This document shows, piece by piece, positions 57,607 through 64,000 of a DNA stretch of 64,000 bases. The notes beneath the pieces are model-generated. The model saw only the letters and a list, made by a program, of their open reading frames with translations. It made no database searches and was not told the origin of the DNA. The translations under genes and the position numbers were made by a program. The DNA lies in NCBI GenBank assembly GCA_024402535.1, contig JAKSTN010000008.1:12012-76011 (forward strand), given 5' to 3'. Origin of the DNA: Treponema sp. (lineage in GTDB: Bacteria > Spirochaetota > Spirochaetia > Treponematales > Treponemataceae). The stretch's first letter is position 1, and the number at the start of each line of letters is the position of its first letter.

Positions 57607-58464
57607 ATGAAAGGAAATAAAATAAACGGTATTTTGTGGCTTATAATAGCATTATTATTAACAGGTATGCTGATCCGCGGACTTTCAGGAAAAAAATTGC
57701 ACAACAAAAAATCATGGATCTGGCATATTGGTCCAAAAACAAAAGCAAATGTTGAAGTAGACTTTGATGAATATAATATTTCAAGTGATGATACTCTTGA
57801 TGAATATATTTCCAGCGAAGACTTTACCGTATATACATTTGATGCAAAAGAAATTGCTAACATAGACATTAATTCAGTAAGTGAAAAAATGTTTGTTATC
57901 GCCTCTCCTAATCAGACTGACATTCAGATTAGCATTTCAAATACAATTGATGTAAGAAAATATTTCAAAGTTTACAAAATCGGGGATACTGTAAAAGTAG
58001 AAAGAAAATCTACAACAGGCGTTACAATTCATGCTTTTAATGACACAGAAATTTATGTGAGAATTCCTGACAAAACTTTCAACAGCATCACTTTAAATAA
58101 TGTAAGTGGAAGAATCGAAGCCGAAAACATTAAGGCACGTAAAAATGAAATTAACTGTGTAAGCGGAAAAATTGAAATCTCAAACTGTGAAGGAAAACTT
58201 AGAAGCTCAAACGTAAGCGGAAAAACTGAAATAACTGTTCATGAACTTAAAAACACAATTCATGCAGAAACTGTAAGCGGAAAGCTGGAACTTTACCTTC
58301 CAAAATCTGCAGATTTTTCTGCAGATTTTGAAACAGTTTCAGGTTCTGTAAAAACTGATTTTACAAAAACCGGAAAAAAAGAAGGCACTATTTCAAACGG
58401 AAGCCGTACTTACGACCTCCAGCTTGAAACAGTTTCAGGTTCTATCGAAGTAAACGCTATCTAA
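57607..58464 (+). CDS. DUF4097 (Toastrack) beta-strand repeat protein
   Basis: N-terminal TM helix, then repeated NVSGRI, CVSGKI, NVSGKT, TVSGKL, TVSGSV and TVSGSI units. Confidence 0.88.
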   Translation: MKGNKINGILWLIIALLLTGMLIRGLSGKKLHNKKSWIWHIGPKTKANVEVDFDEYNISSDDTLDEYISSEDFTVYTFDAKEIANIDINSVSEKMFVIASPNQTDIQISISNTIDVRKYFKVYKIGDTVKVERKSTTGVTIHAFNDTEIYVRIPDKTFNSITLNNVSGRIEAENIKARKNEINCVSGKIEISNCEGKLRSSNVSGKTEITVHELKNTIHAETVSGKLELYLPKSADFSADFETVSGSVKTDFTKTGKKEGTISNGSRTYDLQLETVSGSIEVNAI

Positions 58465-58466
58465 AA

Positions 58467-59033
58467 CTATTTAATATAATCAACAGCTTTCACATTCAGC
58501 TCGTAGAACTCAGGTTTTACGAGCATTTTTATTGCCCTTTTCAAATCGTCTTTTGAAAAAAGTCCTGTCTGAGTTGCGGCTCCAAGAAGAACCATATTTA
58601 CAACCTTACTTGAACCAAGTTCATGGCAGGCAGCTTCCGTATCTACTGCTACAACTTTTGACGCATTTTTTTCCAGAAAAGAAATCATGTCATCTTTTGA
58701 AAAACTTTTACCCGAAAGACTTGCAGTAACCGGCTGAACAACATTTTTGTTTACGATTACCATTCCGCCTTTTTTAAGATATTCAAAAGAACGAACTGCT
58801 TCGCAGGCTTCAAAAGCAATGATGATATCTGCCTGACCTTTGGGAATAAGAGGCGAATAAACATCGTTACCAATGCGCACATGACTTACAACACTGCCCC
58901 CACGCTGAGCCATACCAATTGTCTCGGCACTGAGAACATGTTCCCCGTTACAAAGAGCTGCCTGGCTTAAAACTTTTGCGGCCAGAACAGTCCCTTGCCC
59001 GCCGACTCCACATATTAAAATATTCTTACTCAT
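58467..59033 (-). CDS. iorB: Indolepyruvate:ferredoxin oxidoreductase beta subunit
   Basis: CGVGGQGTVLAAK, ETIGMAQRGGSVVSHVR and NMVLLGA. Confidence 0.93.
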   Translation of the reverse strand: MSKNILICGVGGQGTVLAAKVLSQAALCNGEHVLSAETIGMAQRGGSVVSHVRIGNDVYSPLIPKGQADIIIAFEACEAVRSFEYLKKGGMVIVNKNVVQPVTASLSGKSFSKDDMISFLEKNASKVVAVDTEAACHELGSSKVVNMVLLGAATQTGLFSKDDLKRAIKMLVKPEFYELNVKAVDYIK

Positions 59034-59046
59034 AACGCTGTTTCCC

Positions 59047-60936
59047 TTAATTTATAGCCTTTACAGGACATACGCCAGCACAGAGGCCGCAGCCGGTACA
59101 AAGGCTTTTGTCAATTTCAACTTTCTTGGAACCTGCCATAACGCTTAAAGCAGGACAGCCCAGTTCGCGGATACATTTCTGACATCCTATACATTTTTCT
59201 GTGTCCACTTTTTTTGCAACAGGTTTTGGAAGCCCAAGCTTTCCGCAGATTGCAATACAAGGAGATTTAAAAATTACAGCAGAAACTCCAGAAGCTTCGT
59301 CACATTTTTTTACGGCTTCTACAGAAGCTTTCTGATCAAAAGGATCTACTATAATTACAGGACTTACCCCAACCGCTTCCAAAGTTTTTTCTATAGAAAC
59401 TTTATCTACAATTTCGCCCATCATGGTAACACCTGTTCCAGGATGTGGCTGATGTCCTGTCATGGCAGTTGTGGAGTTATCAAGGATACAAACAGTCATT
59501 TTTGCCTGATTGTAAACCGCATTGATTACGCCGGTAATTCCAGAAGCAAAGAATGTTGAATCCCCGATAAAGCTGAAGCAGTGACGGTCAGGTTCGTTAT
59601 GATAGAACCCTTGAGCCATTGTAATGTCGGCACCCATACAAAGACAGGTATCACACATATCCAAAGGTTTTGCATTTCCCAGTGTGTAACAACCGATGTC
59701 GCCGCAATAAACAGTTTTTTCGTTTTTCATGGCCTGTTTTACGGCATAGAAACTTCCACGGTGTGGACAGCCTGCACAAAGAACAGGAGGACGAACAGGA
59801 AGTTCTGGAAGATCTGATGAAGCTGCAGTTTCACCACCAAGAATTTTCTGAATGATTTCTACAGAAAGTTCTCCGGCTTCTGGAACTGTCTTATCAAGCT
59901 TTCCGTGGATTTTTACATTAAGTCCGTTTTTACCTGCAACAAGAAGAAGCTGTTTTTCGATTACAGGATCCAGTTCTTCGAACACTGTAATTTCCGGATG
60001 AGCTTTCATAAAGTCCAGCGCAAGGTTTTCTGGGAATGGATAAGGTGTCCCGATTTTTAAAACAGAAGCATCATTCATTCCGAGGATTGAAAGAGCTTCT
60101 TTAAGATACTGATAACTGATGCCGCCTGCGGCAAAGGAGCAGGCGTTGCGGGCGGCGTCTGAGCCCGCAGAGGGGGTGGTCCGTTCGCTTACGCTCACTA
60201 CCGAGTTTTCTTCGAAAACTCGTGGCGCATGATAAAAACTTCCCCCTCCACTTACAAAATTCCATTTACTTTTAGAAAATTCTTCAGGAAGGATTTTTTC
60301 ATTGCGCTCAAAAATGCGTTTATGATTCATAAAGCTTGCACGTGGGAAAATTACCCAGCGGGCAGAATCTTTTTCGAACTTTCCTTTTTCTGGAGCCTGA
60401 ACCAGTTCCGGCATTTCCATACTTTCATAAGCGTGGTCTACGCGGGTGGTAGGTCTGAGGATTACAGGAGTATTGTATTTTTCAGAAAGCTCAAATGCTT
60501 CCTGCACCATTTCGTAAGCTTCCTGTGGAGTTGAAGGATCCAGAACCGGCAGCTTTGAAAATTCACCGTAGGTACGGGTGTCCTGTTCTGTCTGACTTGA
60601 AATCGGGCCCGGGTCATCTGCAACAACAATAACCATGCCGCCTTTTACACCAACGTAAGAAAGGCACATTACAGGGTCGCTTGCTACATTGAGCCCTACC
60701 TGCTTCATTGTTACCATTGTTCGGCTTCCCGCATAACTTGCGGCAGCGGCAACTTCACAGGCAGCTTTTTCGTTAATAGACCATTCAACGTAAGTTCCGG
60801 TCTCTTTTCTGTATTTTGAAATGAATTCAATAATTTCGCTTGAAGGTGTTCCAGGGTAACCTGCAACAAGGTTAACGCCTGCTTTAAGGGCACCAAGTGC
60901 GATAGCCTGATTCCCCATAATCATCTGTTTGTTCAT
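59047..60936 (-). CDS. iorA: Indolepyruvate:ferredoxin oxidoreductase alpha subunit
   Basis: GNQAIALG, GYPGTPSSE, VRPPVLCAGCPHR, GDIGCYTLG, TPP motif GDSTFFASG and two C-terminal 4Fe-4S motifs. Confidence 0.95.
   Translation of the reverse strand: MNKQMIMGNQAIALGALKAGVNLVAGYPGTPSSEIIEFISKYRKETGTYVEWSINEKAACEVAAAASYAGSRTMVTMKQVGLNVASDPVMCLSYVGVKGGMVIVVADDPGPISSQTEQDTRTYGEFSKLPVLDPSTPQEAYEMVQEAFELSEKYNTPVILRPTTRVDHAYESMEMPELVQAPEKGKFEKDSARWVIFPRASFMNHKRIFERNEKILPEEFSKSKWNFVSGGGSFYHAPRVFEENSVVSVSERTTPSAGSDAARNACSFAAGGISYQYLKEALSILGMNDASVLKIGTPYPFPENLALDFMKAHPEITVFEELDPVIEKQLLLVAGKNGLNVKIHGKLDKTVPEAGELSVEIIQKILGGETAASSDLPELPVRPPVLCAGCPHRGSFYAVKQAMKNEKTVYCGDIGCYTLGNAKPLDMCDTCLCMGADITMAQGFYHNEPDRHCFSFIGDSTFFASGITGVINAVYNQAKMTVCILDNSTTAMTGHQPHPGTGVTMMGEIVDKVSIEKTLEAVGVSPVIIVDPFDQKASVEAVKKCDEASGVSAVIFKSPCIAICGKLGLPKPVAKKVDTEKCIGCQKCIRELGCPALSVMAGSKKVEIDKSLCTGCGLCAGVCPVKAIN
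60121..60250. mobile_element. GC-rich palindromic element within iorA (boundaries approximate)
   Basis: 70% GC over 60121-60200 (56 of 80 bases); several hairpins; corresponds to an apparent in-frame peptide insertion. Confidence 0.6.
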
Positions 60937-60969
60937 GTTTTGATTATATCATAAACGCAGACAAAAATC

Positions 60970-61638
60970 TTAAACCTCGTATCCCCGGTTGATGATAGCT
61001 TTTCTTTTTGTTTCTGCAAGACCAAATAAAACACTTAATAAAGCAGTAAGTTCTGCCATAAGATTTTGAAAAAAACGTTTCTTTTTTCCCTGACGTGCAC
61101 GGGATGCCAGACGGACTTTATTCCACGTCTCAAAGACTTCCGGGATAAAAGTTACGGCAAGAGAGATAACAAAAGCCAGATTAAATTTTTTCATAAATGG
61201 AAAAACTCTACAGACTGTTTTATGACAGCCTTCAAAACTTTCCCTGATTTCAAGGCTTGATGTTGTTTCAAAAATGAGCTGACATGCAAAACTCGCAAAG
61301 AAAAAACGGATTGTATAAAGACCGCCGGCAAGAAGTCCGTTCTTATAGTCCGGATAGATTCGAAATGCAGTAACAAGGACACCGAACCATAAAACCCACC
61401 TCATTTGTATTACACTGGAAATTGTTCCATCCCCAAGCAAAAACAGTAAAATGCATATACAAATGCAGTACAAAAGCTGGAATAATACCCATTTTTGAAG
61501 GATTTCTTCAGAACTTTCCATCTGCCCGCCAAGAAAACATGTAACACAGAATACCATCATAAAAAGGATTTTATAAATGGCAGGAATTTTATGAAGGATA
61601 GAATTTCCTTTACGATAACAGAAAAGCTTTACAGCCAT
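60970..61638 (-). CDS. ECF transporter T component (BioN/EcfT)
   Basis: SILHKIPAIYK, TM helices, FIPEVFETWNKVRLASRARQG; follows the ECF ATPase. Confidence 0.82.
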   Translation of the reverse strand: MAVKLFCYRKGNSILHKIPAIYKILFMMVFCVTCFLGGQMESSEEILQKWVLFQLLYCICICILLFLLGDGTISSVIQMRWVLWFGVLVTAFRIYPDYKNGLLAGGLYTIRFFFASFACQLIFETTSSLEIRESFEGCHKTVCRVFPFMKKFNLAFVISLAVTFIPEVFETWNKVRLASRARQGKKKRFFQNLMAELTALLSVLFGLAETKRKAIINRGYEV

Positions 61639-62351
61639 ACAAGCCCCTTCAGTTTTTCTTCAGTCGGTTCGGTTCCGGATCCGAGCGGATTTCTGATGCT
61701 CCATTCTTCAAGATTCTGTTTAAGTCCTTCCAATGGAGTTCCGTCAAAACGGATTTGACCTTTATCAAGAACAATCATTCTGTCACAAAGTCCAAGAACT
61801 TTTTCTGTTTCGTGGGTCAGAATAAGAACAGTCTTTTTTTCTTCTTTAAGCTGTTTCAAAATACTACAGACATTTTTCACACCAGGAAAATCAAGATTTG
61901 CAAAAGGTTCATCAAAAATTATCAGATCCCGGTTCATGGCAACAATGCCTGCCACAGCAAGACGGCGTTTTTCACCACCGCTCATGGTTCTTGCCTGAGA
62001 GTCTTTTTTATGAAGGATTCCGCACTGGGACAAAGCTTCTTCAACTTTTCCTTTTATTTCTGATTTTTTTACACCCTGATTTTTTACACCGAAAGCAACA
62101 TCTTCATAAGGTGTTTCACCAAGAATCTGGCAGTCCGCATCCTGAAAAACAAGACCTGCATCCCCTTTCACAACGATACGTCCTTTTGACGGAGCATCAA
62201 GTCCTGCAATAAGGTTCATGAGAACTGTTTTTCCAGACCCGTTGGAACCGGCTATAAGAACAAACTCCCCTTCCGAAACAGAGAAGCTTACATCATGCAA
62301 AGCTTCACTGTTATCAGAAAAAGTTTTGAAAACTTTTTCAACTTTTAGCAT
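61629..62351 (-). CDS. ECF transporter ATPase (BioM/EcfA)
   Basis: GSNGSGKT, LVFQDAD, MSGGEKRR and IFDEPFANLD. Confidence 0.9.
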   Translation of the reverse strand: MLKVEKVFKTFSDNSEALHDVSFSVSEGEFVLIAGSNGSGKTVLMNLIAGLDAPSKGRIVVKGDAGLVFQDADCQILGETPYEDVAFGVKNQGVKKSEIKGKVEEALSQCGILHKKDSQARTMSGGEKRRLAVAGIVAMNRDLIIFDEPFANLDFPGVKNVCSILKQLKEEKKTVLILTHETEKVLGLCDRMIVLDKGQIRFDGTPLEGLKQNLEEWSIRNPLGSGTEPTEEKLKGLVWL

Positions 62352-62950
62352 ATCATTCCCTGAACGCGTTTTCTAAGGCTTCCGGTAAGAATTACGTTAA
62401 GTGTTGTTTTAATAATCATTCCTGGAATGAAAGGAATAACACAGGCTTTTACTGCAACATCCATTCCTTTTCCTGTTACACGGATAAAGCCGCCAAGACC
62501 ACAGGCAAAGAGAACTGCTTCAGCAAGAACAGCAGCACATACACACATTATCCATTTTTTTACAGTCGGGTGTTCTTTGTTTGGATTCAGAAGGAATCTT
62601 AAGAAAAGACCTGCTGCAAGAGCACCAAGCATATAACCGATAAGGAAACCGCCTGTAGGTCCCGAAATAATTACCTGAATCCCTGCTTTTCCAGAATAAA
62701 CCGGAAGGCCGATGGCACCCAGAATCAAAAATACAAATACGCTCAAAGTTCCCCACACTGGTCCAAGCAGCATGCCTGAAAGCAGTGCCAGCATATCCTG
62801 AAGAACGATAGGAACTCCCCCAGGAAGCGGAATATGGAAAAAGGCTGCACAGCTTATAAGGGCTGCAAAAAGGGCTGCCATAATCATACCTTTAAGACAT
62901 TTCCCTTTTGATACATTTTCTTCACTTGTAATAACTTTTTCTTCGCTCAT
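62345..62950 (-). CDS. bioY: Biotin ECF S component
   Basis: VPIVLQ, LGAIGLPVYSG, GPTGGFLIG and PFIPG; ATG at 62950 with SD GAGG. Confidence 0.93.
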   Translation of the reverse strand: MSEEKVITSEENVSKGKCLKGMIMAALFAALISCAAFFHIPLPGGVPIVLQDMLALLSGMLLGPVWGTLSVFVFLILGAIGLPVYSGKAGIQVIISGPTGGFLIGYMLGALAAGLFLRFLLNPNKEHPTVKKWIMCVCAAVLAEAVLFACGLGGFIRVTGKGMDVAVKACVIPFIPGMIIKTTLNVILTGSLRKRVQGMIC

Positions 62951-62962
62951 TTTAAACCTCAC

Positions 62963-63937
62963 TTAAAGCAAATAACTTTCTCCCGGAGTAAGACGCATAA
63001 CATCTCCCCCAGAATTTTTTATCAGTCCAAAACCGCCGTCATCGGCACCAATAAAGGTACCCTGAAAACCGTCTGAACTGTTACGCACTGTTTTATTGAT
63101 GTCCGAACAGTAATAGTTCCATTCGGCCACCAGAATTTCTGGATACTTAATCACCTTGTTTTCAATTTCCTTATACATGGTCATAAAGGTTTTAAGAAAA
63201 TCTTTACGGCTGAAAATTCCAGTCAGATTTATACCGATTCCAAGGTTTATCCATTTTGTTCTGTTTCCGCTTACAAATACTTCGTCCAGAACTCCCCCGA
63301 CTTTTTCCTTTTCATCCCATATCTCATTAGGCCATTTCAAATGAAAAGATTTTCCGGTTAATGCCTTTAAGGTATTTGCCGCTGTTACCTGGGCTGCCAG
63401 TACCATGCGGCTGGCCTTTGAAGAAGGCAATGAAACTTCCGTTACAAGAGTAAAAGCAAGGCTTCCTTCCTTTGCGTTCCATTTGTTGCCCTTACGGTCT
63501 TTTCCGTCTGTCTGGCGGTCACAGATTACTATTACCGGCTTCCGCCCAAGGGCTGCAGCACGGCGTCCATAAGAACCTTCTTTTCCTGTATCTTCTGAAG
63601 CTTCAGGATTCATCATTCTTTCAAAGGCTATTTTTCGCCCTTCATCCATTGTGGAAGCAGTTTCCTCAACAAAAACCACCTGAGCTTCATTTTCTCCGAA
63701 TTCAAAAGGCATTACTGAATCTTCCCGCTCATGAACCAAGCGGTATCCTGTTTTTCCCGATTCAATCTGATATCCCGAATTCTGAAGTGCCTGCACAGCT
63801 TTCCACACAGAAACCCTGGAAAAACCCGTGATTTCAGCAAGATCTTCCCCGGAAACAGCAGTTCCTGGTTCTTTTTTCGCCATATCACGAAGTATTTTGA
63901 GTACCTGATTTTTTGTAGAAGGTTTTTCGTTACCCAT
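62963..63937 (-). CDS. birA: BirA-like HTH-biotin ligase with divergent motifs
   Basis: N-terminal HTH (SGEDLAEITGFSRVSVWKAVQAL..GY), QTDGKDRKG, KWPNE, KVGGVL and LGIGINL; likely ATG at 63937. Confidence 0.82.
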   Translation of the reverse strand: MGNEKPSTKNQVLKILRDMAKKEPGTAVSGEDLAEITGFSRVSVWKAVQALQNSGYQIESGKTGYRLVHEREDSVMPFEFGENEAQVVFVEETASTMDEGRKIAFERMMNPEASEDTGKEGSYGRRAAALGRKPVIVICDRQTDGKDRKGNKWNAKEGSLAFTLVTEVSLPSSKASRMVLAAQVTAANTLKALTGKSFHLKWPNEIWDEKEKVGGVLDEVFVSGNRTKWINLGIGINLTGIFSRKDFLKTFMTMYKEIENKVIKYPEILVAEWNYYCSDINKTVRNSSDGFQGTFIGADDGGFGLIKNSGGDVMRLTPGESYLL

Positions 63938-63959
63938 TAATAAATACAGGGTAACGAAA
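63925..63959. promoter_or_regulatory. Candidate BirA operator overlapping the birA start
   Basis: Perfect 11-bp inverted repeat TTTCGTTACCC-N13-GGGTAACGAAA. Confidence 0.7.
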
Positions 63960-64000
63960 TTCACATAAAAAGGCAATATTTACCCGTAAATCTCCACTTT

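Overview
Bacterial chromosomal window with no rRNA, tRNA or CRISPR array. It is most consistent with a Treponema-like spirochaete (inference from the uvrA-lptD and TPR-dprA-topA adjacencies, a TRAP-T transporter and many spirochaete-type lipoproteins). Content from left to right: a minus-strand block (uvrA, lptD, phoH, 7TM-HD, TPR, dprA, topA); an outer-membrane beta-barrel plus lipoprotein pair; an Rpn-family nuclease with repeat-rich downstream DNA; guaB and purA; a GPH sugar symporter and GH3 glucosidase; MATE and SDR genes; a lipoprotein-GT2-lipoprotein block; a GS-like gene with an ANTAR gene; a TRAP-T transporter; an EAL protein; the trpE-trpGD-trpCF-trpB-trpA operon; a Y-family polymerase with a YolD-like partner; a lipoprotein/serine-protease island; paaK; a PadR-HAAS-DUF4097 operon; iorAB; and birA-bioY-ECF. 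The best candidates for something undescribed are: (1) a glutamine synthetase homologue with substituted catalytic residues next to a pseudo-receiver ANTAR protein, a possible glutamine-sensing antitermination module; (2) the Rpn locus, with a candidate intragenic antitoxin, a duplicated 3' element and a 69-bp tandem repeat; (3) a GC-rich palindromic element apparently inserted in frame in iorA; (4) a structured guaB leader; (5) a 25-bp inverted repeat enclosing the trp promoter. All calls come from reading the sequence and recalled family motifs; no database searches were run.
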